A stretch of 64,000 nt of DNA, from NCBI GenBank assembly GCA_965178125.1, contig OZ237754.1, positions 992,001 to 1,056,000 on the forward strand, read 5' to 3'. Origin of the DNA: Bilabrum cf. latius (taxonomy: Eukaryota). Both the position numbers and the translations under genes were made by a program. A model generated the notes under the pieces. It made no database searches. It was not told the DNA's origin and worked only from the letters and a program-made list of their open reading frames with translations. Position 1 is the first letter of the stretch; every line of letters starts with the position of its first letter. Below are positions 38,501-50,500 of the stretch, piece by piece.

Positions 38501-41500
38501 CCCCCACAAACACAGGGCCGATGATAAACAACATCACATTATCACACGAATTCCGAGAGAACCAAAACCACAGTCCTCGGATTTACGCTGGATTCAACTT
38601 AGCCGACTATGACGATGTGTCTGCGAGCGCGGTGGTGCAGATCGAGTCGGCGCTGGCGGGGGACGCGTTGGTGGTGGCTGGGGGTGCGGACGCTGACATG
38701 ACCGTGTCTGGGGATGGTCTGAGCGTGACTGTGTCTGAGGTGTCGCTGGCTGACCTGGCTGTGAAGCTGGGCAAGATCGGCTTCACGAACACGGCCGAGT
38801 ACACGTCGGCTCTGACTCGCAATGTGTCGGTGGTGGTGACGGACGGCGGGAGCCAGGGTCAGCTGCCGGGCGCGCGTCAGACGGCATCATCGGAGGTGCA
38901 GGTGGTGGTGACGCCGCTGAACGATGGCCCATTGATCGGCAGCTTCCAGCATGTGTACAACTTCACGGAAGGGTCGGGCGATGCGGCGGGTCTGTTTGTG
39001 GGCTTCAGTGTGAGTGATGCGGACGATGTGTCTGCGAGCGCGGTGGTGCAGATCGAGTCGGCGCTGGCGGGGGACGCGTTGGTGGTGGCTGGGGGTGCGG
39101 ACGCTGACATGACCGTGTCTGGTGATGGTCTGAGCGTGACTGTGTCTGAGGTGTCGCTGGCTGACCTGGCTGTGAAGCTGGGCAAGATCGGCTTTACATC
39201 ATCGGAAGACTTTCCATTTGATCTGACTCGCAATGTGTCGGTGGTGGTGACGGACGGCGGGAGCCAGGGTCAGCTGCCGGGCGCGCGTCAGACGGCATCA
39301 TCGGAGGTGCAGGTGCGGATCACGCGAACGAATGATCAGCTACATATAGGTACCTTCCAGCATGTGTACAACTTCACGGAAGGGTCGGGCGATGCGGCGG
39401 GTCTGTTTGTGGGCTTCAGTGTGAGTGATGCGGACGATGTGTCTGCGAGCGCGGTGGTGCAGATCGAGTCGGCGCTGGCGGGGGACGCGTTGGTGGTGGC
39501 TGGGGGTGCGGACGCTGACATGACCGTGTCTGGGGATGGTCTGATCGTGACTCTGTCTGAGGTGTCGCTGGCTGACCTGGCTGTGAAGCTGGGCAAGATC
39601 GGCTTCACGAACACGGCCGAGTACACGTCGGCTCTGACTCGCAATGTGTCGGTGGTGGTGACGGACGGCGGGAGCCAGGGTCAGCTGCCGGGCGCGCGTC
39701 AGACGGCATCATCGGAGGTGCAGGTGGTGGTGACGCCGCTGAATGATGGCCCATTGATCGGCAGCTTCCAGCATGTGTACAACTTCACGGAAGGGTCTGG
39801 GAACGTAGCAGCTCTGTTTGTGGGCTTCAGTGTGAGTGATGCGGACGATGTGTCTGCGAGCGCGGTGGTGCAGATCGAGTCGGCGCTGGCGGGGGACGCG
39901 TTGGTGGTGGCTGGGGGTGCGGACGCTGACATGACCGTGTCTGGGGATGGTCTGAGCGTGACTGTGTCTGAGGTGTCGCTGGCTGACCTGGCTGTGAAGC
40001 TGGGCAAGATCGGCTTCACGAACACGGCCGAGTACACGTCGGCTCTGACTCGCAATGTGTCGGTGGTGGTGACGGACGGCGGGAGCCAGGGTCAGCTGCC
40101 GGGCGCGCGTCAGACGGCATCATCGGAGGTGCAGGTGGTGGTGACGCCGCTGAACGATGGCCCATTGATCGGCAGCTTCCAGCATGTGTACAACTTCACG
40201 GAAGGGTCGGGCGATGCGGCGGGTCTGTTTGTGGGCTTCAGTGTGAGTGATGCGGACGATGTGTCTGCGAGCGCGGTGGTGCAGATCGAGTCGGCGCTGG
40301 CGGGGGACGCGTTGGTGGTGGCTGGGGGTGCGGACGCTGACATGACCGTGTCTGGTGATGGTCTGAGCGTGACTGTGTCTGAGGTGTCGCTGGCTGACCT
40401 GGCTGTGAAGCTGGGCAAGATCGGCTTCACGAACACGGCCGAGTACACGTCGGCTCTGACTCGCAATGTGTCGGTGGTGGTGACGGACGGCGGGAGCCAG
40501 GGTCAGCTGCCGGGCGCGCGTCAGACGGCATCATCGGAGGTGCAGGTGGTGGTGACGCCGCTGAACGATGGCCCATTGATCGGCAGCTTCCAGCATGTGT
40601 ACAACTTCACGGAAGGGTCGGGCGATGCGGCGGGTCTGTTTGTGGGCTTCAGTGTGAGTGATGCGGACGATGTGTCTGCGAGCGCGGTGGTGCAGATCGA
40701 GTCGGCGCTGGCGGGGGACGCGTTGGTGGTGGCTGGGGGTGCGGACGCTGACATGACCGTGTCTGGTGATGGTCTGAGCGTGACTGTGTCTGAGGTGTCG
40801 CTGGCTGACCTGGCTGTGAAGCTGGGCAAGATCGGCTTTACATCATCGGAAGACTTTCCATTTGATCTGACTCGCAATGTGTCGGTGGTGGTGACGGACG
40901 GCGGGAGCCAGGGTCAGCTGCCGGGCGCGCGTCAGACGGCATCATCGGAGGTGCAGGTGCGGATCACGCGAACGAATGATCAGCTACATATAGGTACCTT
41001 CCAGCATGTGTACAACTTCACGGAAGGGTCGGGCGATGCGGCGGGTCTGTTTGTGGGCTTCAGTGTGAGTGATGCGGACGATGTGTCTGCGAGCGCGGTG
41101 GTGCAGATCGAGTCGGCGCTGGCGGGGGACGCGTTGGTTTTGGCTGGGGGTGCGGACGCTGACATGACCGTGTCTGGGGATGGTCTGAGCGTGACTGTGT
41201 CTGAGGTGTCGCTGGCTGACCTGGCTGTGAAGCTGGGCAAGATCGGCTTCACGAACACGGCCGAGTACACGTCGGCTCTGACTCGCAATGTGTCGGTGGT
41301 GGTGACGGACGGCGGGAGCCAGGGTCAGCTGCCGGGCGCGCGTCAGACGGCATCATCGGAGGTGCAGGTGGTGGTGACGCCGCTGAACGATGGCCCATTG
41401 ATCGGCAGCTTCCAGCATGTGTACAACTTCACGGAAGGGTCGGGCGATGCGGCGGGTCTGTTTGTGGGCTTCAGTGTGAGTGATGCGGACGATGTGTCTG

Positions 41501-44500
41501 CGAGCGCGGTGGTGCAGATCGAGTCGGCGCTGGCGGGGGACGCGTTGGTGGTGGCTGGGGGTGCGGACGCTGACATGACCGTGTCTGGTGATGGTCTGAG
41601 CGTGACTGTGTCTGAGGTGTCGCTGGCTGACCTGGCTGTGAAGCTGGGCAAGATCGGCTTTACATCATCGGAAGACTTTCCATTTGATCTGACTCGCAAT
41701 GTGTCGGTGGTGGTGACGGACGGCGGGAGCCAGGGTCAGCTGCCGGGCGCGCGCCAGACGGCATCATCGGAGGTGCAGGTGCGGATCACGCGAACGAATG
41801 ATCAGCTACATATAGGTACCTTCCAGCATGTGTACAACTTCACGGAAGGGTCGGGCGATGCGGCGGGTCTGTTTGTGGGCTTCAGTGTGAGTGATGCGGA
41901 CGATGTGTCTGCGAGCGCGGTGGTGCAGATCGAGTCGGCGCTGGCGGGGGACGCGTTGGTAGTGGCTGGGGGTGCGGACGCTGACATGACCGTGTCTGGT
42001 GATGGTCTGAGCGTGACTGTGTCTGAGGTGTCGCTGGCTGACCTGGCTGTGAAGCTGGGCAAGATCGGCTTCACGAACACGGCCGAGTACACGTCGGCTC
42101 TGACTCGCAATGTGTCGGTGGTGGTGACGGACGGCGGGAGCCAGGGTCAGCTGCCGGGCGCGCGTCAGACGGCATCATCGGAGGTGCAGGTGGTGGTGAC
42201 GCCGCTGAACGATGGCCCATTGATCGGCAGCTTCCAGCATGTGTACAACTTCACGGAAGGGTCGGGCGATGCGGCGGGTCTGTTTGTGGGCTTCAGTGTG
42301 AGTGATGCGGACGATGTGTCTGCGAGCGCGGTGGTGCAGATCGAGTCGGCGCTGGCGGGGGACGCGTTGGTGGTGGCTGGGGGTGCGGACGCTGACATGA
42401 CCGTGTCTGGTGATGGTCTGAGCGTGACTGTGTCTGAGGTGTCCCTGGCTGACCTGGCTGTGAAGCTGGGCAAGATCGGCTTCACGAACACGGCCGAGTA
42501 CACGTCGGCTCTGACTCGCAATGTGTCGGTGGTGGTGACGGACGGCGGGAGCCAGGGTCAGCTGCCGGGCGCGCGTCAGACGGCATCATCGGAGGTGCAG
42601 GTAATTATAGCTCCACGACCAGATGCCCCACTTTTAGCAACGATTCAGCATGTTGTTCTATGGATGGAGAACCAAAAAATGGCCTTAGACGTTTTGGTTG
42701 GACTACGTGCACAGGACAATGACGATGTGTCTGCGAGCGCGGTGGTGCAGATCGAGTCGGCGCTGGCGGGGGACGCGTTGGTGGTGGCTGGGGGTGCGGA
42801 CGCTGACATGACCGTGTCTGGTGATGGTCTGAGCGTGACTGTGTCTGAGGTGTCGCTGGCTGACCTGGCTGTGAAGCTGGGCAAGATCGGCTTCACGAAC
42901 ACGGCCGAGTACACGTCGGCTCTGACTCGCAATGTGTCGGTGGTGGTGACGGACGGCGGGAGCCAGGGTCAGCTGCCGGGCGCGCGTCAGACGGCATCAT
43001 CGGAGGTGCAGGTGGTGGTGACGCCGCTGAACGATGGCCCATTGATCGGCAGCTTCCAGCATGTGTACAACTTCACGGAAGGGTCGGGCGATGCGGCGGG
43101 TCTGTTTGTGGGCTTCAGTGTGAGTGATGCGGACGATGTGTCTGCGAGCGCGGTGGTGCAGATCGAGTCGGCGCTGGCGGGGGACGCGTTGGTTTTGGCT
43201 GGGGGTGCGGACGCTGACATGACCGTGTCTGGTGATGGTCTGAGCGTGACTGTGTCTGAGGTGTCGCTGGCTGACCTGGCTGTGAAGCTGGGCAAGATCG
43301 GCTTCACGAACACGGCCGAGTACACGTCGGCTCTGACTCGCAATGTGTCGGTGGTGGTGACGGACGGCGGGAGCCAGGGTCAGCTGCCGGGCGCGCGTCA
43401 GACGGCATCATCGGAGGTGCAGGTGCGGATCACGCGAACGAATGATCAGCTACATATAGGTACCTTCCAGCATGTGTACAACTTCACGGAAGGGTCGGGC
43501 GATGCGGCGGGTCTGTTTGTGGGCTTCAGTGTGAGTGATGCGGACGATGTGTCTGCGAGCGCGGTGGTGCAGATCGAGTCGGCGCTGGCGGGGGATGCGT
43601 TGGTAGTGGCTGGGAGTGCGGACGCTGACATGACCGTGTCTGGTGATGGTCTGAGCGTGACTGTGTCTGAGGTGTCGCTGGCTGACCTGGCTGTGAAGCT
43701 GGGCAAGATCGGCTTCACGAACACGGCCGAGTACACGTCGGCTCTGACTCGCAATGTGTCGGTGGTGGTGACGGACGGCGGGAGCCAGGGTCAGCTGCCG
43801 GGCGCGCGTCAGACGGCATCATCGGAGGTGCAGGTGGTGGTGACGCCGCTGAACGATGGCCCATTGATCGGCAGCTTCCAGCATGTGTACAACTTCACGG
43901 AAGGGTCGGGCGATGCGGCGGGTCTGTTTGTGGGCTTCAGTGTGAGTGATGCGGACGATGTGTCTGCGAGCGCGGTGGTGCAGATCGAGTCGGCGCTGGC
44001 GGGGGACGCGTTGGTGGTGGCTGGGGGTGCGGACGCTGACATGACCGTGTCTGGTGATGGTCTGAGCGTGACTGTGTCTGAGGTGTCGCTGGCTGACCTG
44101 GCTGTGAAGCTGGGCAAGATCGGCTTCACGAACACGGCCGAGTACACGTCGGCTCTGACTCGCAATGTGTCGGTGGTGGTGACGGACGGCGGGAGCCAGG
44201 GTCAGCTGCCGGGCGCGCGTCAGACGGCATCATCGGAGGTGCAGGTGGTGGTGACGCCGCTGAACGATGGCCCATTGATCGGCAGCTTCCAGCATGTGTA
44301 CAACTTCACGGAAGGGTCTGGGCACGTAGCAGCTCTGTTTGTGGGCTTCAGTGTGAGTGATGCGGACGATGTGTCTGCGAGCGCGGTGGTGCAGATCGAG
44401 TCGGCGCTGGCGGGGGACGCGTTGGTGGTGGCTGGGAGTGCGGACGCTGACATGACCGTGTCTGGTGATGGTCTGAGCGTGACTGTGTCTGAGGTGTCGC

Positions 44501-47500
44501 TGGCTGACCTGGCTGTGAAGCTGGGCAAGATCGGCTTCACGAACACGGCCGAGTACACGTCGGCTCTGACTCGCAATGTGTCGGTGGTGGTGACGGACGG
44601 CGGGAGCCAGGGTCAGCTGCCGAGCGCGCGTCAGACGGGATCACCAGAATATCTTACTGTTTCCCTTCAGACTGATCTGGTGCCTGCTGGGGATCCGCCG
44701 GAAATCGTAGCTGGAATCGAGGTGGATCATGTATCCATTGATTTTTGTGACTCAAGCATATCATTTTCAGCTGCTTCGAGTGCCGTGATAACTAGAGCAA
44801 GCGGTTTTGGCCTTGTCTTTGAGTGGGCCGTGCACGTCTCTGCTGGATCCCCCAGCATTGGTAGTGTGGAGTTCGTCAGCTCTCTGGCAGCCCTCAATGA
44901 CAGGCTTCGCGCGCTTGCAAGGGATTCCCAGTTTGCCCGCTTGAGCGAGATTGAATTTTAGCTGGCGGATATAGCGCAGGCGTCAAAGCTGAACTCTAGG
45001 GCTGGTGCTAGAGAACCACTATATTTGCCCAGAGCCAGCCTGGGTGACAGCATGGAAGTCGAGGTGATGGTGCGAGCTAGAGATGCAACTATTCAATTGC
45101 CAGACATCAAGTTGAATGCCGACACAACGGGCAACGATGTGGCGTTGTCCTCTGTGCTGTCTGTTGGAGCTCCACGCGCCCAAGTGTTCCCCCCGGATGC
45201 CCACTCGGTCATGAGTACTAGGACCACCAAGCTGTCGCTCGGTCCCCAGGTACGGCTGTGCGGTAGAGCCTCAGCCGGCGACGCTGCTGTGGCTGGGTTT
45301 CAGTGGCAAGTGGTGGCATCGGTATCAGATCCTACTCTGAATGAGGCGCCTGCGAGTGCTGTGGACGCAGTGGGCGCCGCACTACTCGCCAGAGATGTGG
45401 TTGGCACGAACCGAACGGTTGTCAATCTTGTCGCTGGTGGCCAACTAGGGGGTCTGATTGCGTCAGAGCCCGCCCGCTCTGGTCTGAATGGCGGTCCTTT
45501 CGTTGGGTTTGATCTAGGGATCGGGCAGCAGGTTGTACTAGATAGCGTACTGAGGGGAAGTGGGGATGTGGTGACGCACGAGCTGGAAGGAACCCCGTGG
45601 TTTGACGCACTCTCTTACACATCGACCTCTCCAGGCAGTTCTCGGCTAAACGTTCCGGAAGGGGCACTCAGGTCCGGGCACGCATATATTCTGGCCGTTC
45701 GAGTCGATGTTCTAGTGCGCACAAGCAGCAACGGAACGCTAGCACCGCTTTCCGGTCCTGCTCTCGGGCTGACTTCTAGCTGCAGCCTTGTTGGCGTCGG
45801 GATTCGCCGCAATCAGCTGCAGCTGTAGATCGATGGGGGGGACAGAACCGTGTCGCAGGACCTCGGATTTACCATCGGTATCGGTAGCGGTAGAGTAGCA
45901 GGCTTCGACTCTGACTTCGACTCGAGCGGGGCATTCCTAGACCCAGGGTACGATCCAGGCTAGGACCGACCAGCCACTTTGTTTACGTGGGGCTGCGATG
46001 CGACACCGTATGGGTCTGCTGGCTCTAGTAGCACTCCGTGCCTTGATCTGGTTCCTGGTGCTGGTAGCCAAACCTCTGTGTCGGCCGTGACCATCAGCCC
46101 CGAGGATGCTGCGCCGTACGGCGGTAATGTTCTTAGGCTTCAGGTGAATGTGACCTCCGGGCTGTCCATGGGCAGTAGTGCCAGTAGTGCCCGACTGTTG
46201 TCCCGAGGCATGCAGGCTATGTCGATTCCAGACCCAGCCACAGTACGAGAAGGCTCTGTGACTGCCCTCGTGATTGTTGCGCCAACGGGTCTGCCTGCCC
46301 TCGAGATCGCCACCAGCAGGACACGATTCAGTCGACTGGCATCCAGTGGCGGAAATCTGATTGTGTCATCCTAGCAGCGGCTGGTACTTGATGCGGTGAT
46401 CAACCAGGTGACCCCTCAGAATGCATCCTTTTCTTTGGCGGAAGATGGCCTGTCGGTGTCATGGGTGCAGGTGGAGGGACCGGCAGTTCCAGGAGTACCG
46501 AGAGAGGCACAAACGGACCCATAGCCGGGACAGTCAGCCGTAGTCACCTCACTTGCCGCCCGCAGTCTGGTACTGCGCCAGGGTGTGCTGCAGCCCGGCG
46601 AGCAGTACAGCTTCCGGGCGGTGGTCTCGTTGGTTGGGCAGCCGGTGTCTCCGCTGACCACCTCAAGCGCAGAGGTGGCCGTGCAGGTGAACATGCCGCC
46701 AGTGCCTGGGACTGTCACGGTTAAACTCAACCCAGACGCCGAGCCAGCTCTTCCGCCGAGCACTGGTCGTTGGGCAAACCTTCCACGTGCGCTCGTCGAC
46801 ACGCTGTCCATCGAGACGACTGGGTGGATGGACGACCCTGAAGACCTGCCACTGAAGCACTCCTTCTTTGTTGACCCCACGGGCACTGTGCAGCCTCCGC
46901 GCGGAGCGGTCACCCCTTCACAACTGCAGGCGATGCTGACTGCTCCTAGCGTGCAGGCCCTGAGAGGAGACGAATTGAGCCCTTAGCTCGAAGCGATAAT
47001 GCCAGTTGGCAACACGAGCTCCAGAAAAGCGGTCAACATGACTTTGATTGTCGTGGCCACTGATCTGGCGGGCGGGCAGGGTGTGGCGGCGGTCAATGTT
47101 CAAATTGCGCCCGCATTAGACAGCAGGCAGGCCCTGAACGCCTCCATAATTTCCGCAGCAGCTGCCTCTCAATTGAAGAACGCTGCAGCTGCTGCTGCGT
47201 CCTCTAACCTTGCCGCTGCTCTTCTCCTCGTCGGTTCCACGACGAGCCTGCTAGCCGAGCTCCCTGCTCAGAACGGGACCAATTCCTCGACGTCGCCCAG
47301 CGATGCCCTCAGAACCCAAGTGCTTGATCTGCTGGCATTCCTGGCTGCGAATGCCGAGCCAACCTCTGCAAACATGCAGCTGCTGGCGTCAGCTGCTTAG
47401 GCGGCACTCTCAGACCCCAGTCAGGTTTCATCTGATCAGCTCGATACTGCTCTCTCCGTAGTGACGACCATTCTCGAGAACCGGCTCTCTGCAGGAAGTG

Positions 47501-50500
47501 ACTTTGGGTCGCTGGAGGACGGGCCTTCTGTGTCTATCCTTGGCGCTATGCGCGCTGCATCGGACGCCGGATAGTTTCTCATGACACCGACGGGGATTCG
47601 CGGCGGCAGCTAGGTGGCCAAGCAGTCCAACCTGTTGGGCCGGGCTATGCTGGCAGGATCAATCCCGGGAGAAGACCAGCGAGAGCTGCAAGTCAGCGGC
47701 ACTTCCGGTGGGTTCCAGCTGGCCATGGCCGTGGGCCGCCTCAACATCTTAGATGCAGTAGGCGGCAGCCAGTCACCGCAGGTGCAGGAGGGGGGTGCGT
47801 CTGTCCTCGGTCTGATTGCAGCCGGTGACTCGGACCCCGCAGAGATGGCGGCAATCGCGCGCAGGTATTGCAGCGGCTCTGCGACGGACTTCGATACTAC
47901 TGGTGTGGACGATTCGCCGAGCATGAAGGGCGGTGCGTTTGGCGTTGCACTTGTGGATGCCGCTGCAACTATCCGTCAGCGAGCGCTACAAACAGGCAAC
48001 ACGGATCTTCTCCAGGGTGTGGATGCGACTGCGATGGAATGGGGAGGAGGTGCTAACACCGCTGCGTCTCCTTTCTCCACCGACACAGCCGGGGTCGGCG
48101 ATGCGTTGGGCATTCCTGTCGGGGAGCAGAACGCCACCCAGGGTGCGGTCAGCCCGCCAGGCTAGAACAGTCTAGTGGAGTCGAACCGGACAGTGAAGCG
48201 CACCACAGAGACGCTGAGGGGAGAACAGGGCTCCACTGTGAGCGTGGATCTGACATCGTCAGCGAGCGGGACTTCGGTAGGATTCGAGGCCTAGGACCTG
48301 GAAGCATGCGTGTTCGTGCCCAAGCCAGCGAGCCCGGAGGTCCCTGAGCAATACACAAACTAGTTCGTTCCGATCGTCACACTATCGGGCGATGACTCGT
48401 CAGGCATCCCGCAGCCGAACAGCACGGACCTATCTGCGGTCGACTTACCTCTGACGTGCGATGAGATTAGGGCAGTGAACCAGTCAGGGCCTCCGCAGGA
48501 ACAAGTATTCGAGTCTGAGTCCCTGTCGCAGGTGGCTGCCTGCATCTACTGGAACGAGGAGGAGGAGCGCTGGCAAGGAGATGGGTGCCAGGCCGTTGCC
48601 TTCTTGCCCACCGGTACTGTGTGCCGGTGCAACCACCTGACCGACTTCGCGTCTCGGGTAGAGCTGCTACTGGCCTCGAATAGAGAGGTGTTCTCGGTTG
48701 GTGTGCAGCCTATCTAGCTTGCTGATGTGCTGGCCAACCCCGAAACGTTCATCGCCATCGGGGCAATTTGCCTCTTCATACTACTGTCGGCGTTCGGTAC
48801 TCTATGCATTGAGGAGCGGGACAGGGTACGATTCGCCCGCAAGCTGATCAAGGACCCAGAGGTGGCCGTGGTGCGCGACATGGCCCGTCTGGAGGGATCG
48901 AGCGAGCTGCTTGGCACTGCACTGAGGGACTACCGCAAGACGGTGCAAGACGAGGGTGCTAGCTCTGAGTTACGGAACGAGTCGCAGGCGCAACTCGAGA
49001 TGGCTGTGCAGGCCTCCCTGCAAGCGCTGCAGTCCGTTGCACACCCGCAACTTGGATCAATGCCGTCATGGTCTCTTGTTGCACCCTCGCCAACGAAGGG
49101 TGCCAGCAAAACGGGCAAGAACAGAAATCTACCTTCTCTCCCTTAGTTCGAGGAGAAACTCGCCACAACCCGCGCCTTCTTTCGGATCGAAACGGAGGCC
49201 CGTGTGGCTGAAATGGCAGAAAGACGGGCCATGGACCACGCGTGTAGGTGCTGCTTTGATCTCTTTTGCAGCGCGTCCGACTTGCTGAAGCACTCGTCTA
49301 GGGCAAAAACGAAGACAAGCAGCAGCGGCATGTGCGGATCCTGCTGCGATGCCTCTTCTTCCGAAGAAATATCTGCCATCGGCAACGAGCTCGGTCGGGC
49401 CTTCCGCGGTATTGGTTGGGATGATGATGAATCTCTCGCGGATACTTCTTCCAAAACGAGTGAACGCAGCCGCCGTCGGAACTCCATGGCATCAGCTGAA
49501 GAGCAACTGCACCGCAGCCGAGCGAGATTCACGACTTCAGCAGGAAGGGAAAGGAGCAGGGCGCGGCGTAACTCCCTTCCTGCATCGGTACCCAGTACAT
49601 CACTACTGTCTACTAAGGCAATAACAATCCCGGAGTAGGGTTCAAAGGTGCCTGCGTCACACACGATTGAACTTAGCCACATGAACCCTTGCTACCGCGG
49701 CTGGGTGCTTCGTATGGATGTGCTGCGGCTGTGCTTGGCCAAGCTACCCTACGAGCTCGAGCTGTTCCAGGCTTTCTGTAGGTTCAATTACCAGCAGGAC
49801 CGTATGATGCGTCTGGGTCAGCTCATGGCTGTGCTCTTCTCCGGTATGTTTGCCACGGCCTTCTTCTACAGCGTGTCCGGGGCGGATGCTGCAGGCATTG
49901 ACGAAGACTGCGATGGCGAGGATGACTTTTCCAACGTGCCACTGTGGCAGCAGCTCATCTTCTCGGTCATGGCCTCCATCCTGCAGGCCCCTGTAAGCCT
50001 GACCCTCACCGTGCTATTTGACCGGGCCGGCGAGGCGTGTTTCGTTGCTCGATACTTCCCGATCTGGCGAGAGCTGGAGATTCGTCATGCTGCGGAGGTT
50101 CGGTTGGGGTCCAAGGTAGGCGGATTGAGGATGAAGCTATTGGTGCTTCAGGCATCCTTAGCCAACTGGCTTGAGACGACCGACAAAAATGTGGCCAGCC
50201 ATGACGTTGAATAGCTTCGATTCGTCGGTGATCTCCTCGGAGACGAAAAGTCCGAAGCATTGGTGCAGCAGGTGCTGAAAGGCAGGAAGGAGCGAGATAG
50301 AAAGAGGCTAGCAAACTCCCATCCTGAGTTGCTGCCCATGGCAAGTCGGAATGCTTCCTCCGAGGAAGGAGAATCGATGATTGGCAAGGAAGCCACGGTC
50401 GCTTCAGATCTCACTATTTGGCGGGAGCCACTTGAAGGTGCACCGAGCGCTAGCGTTGTGCAAGCCCGTGCCTACGCTACTGGGCTTCGCTTGCAAGTCA

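Noticed and set aside
38607-44576. Fifteen repeated minus-strand ORFs (MRVRADVYSAV...), or a CRISPR-like array
   Set aside because: These are antisense shadows of the 411-bp coding repeat. There is no short repeat/unique spacer structure and no cas genes.
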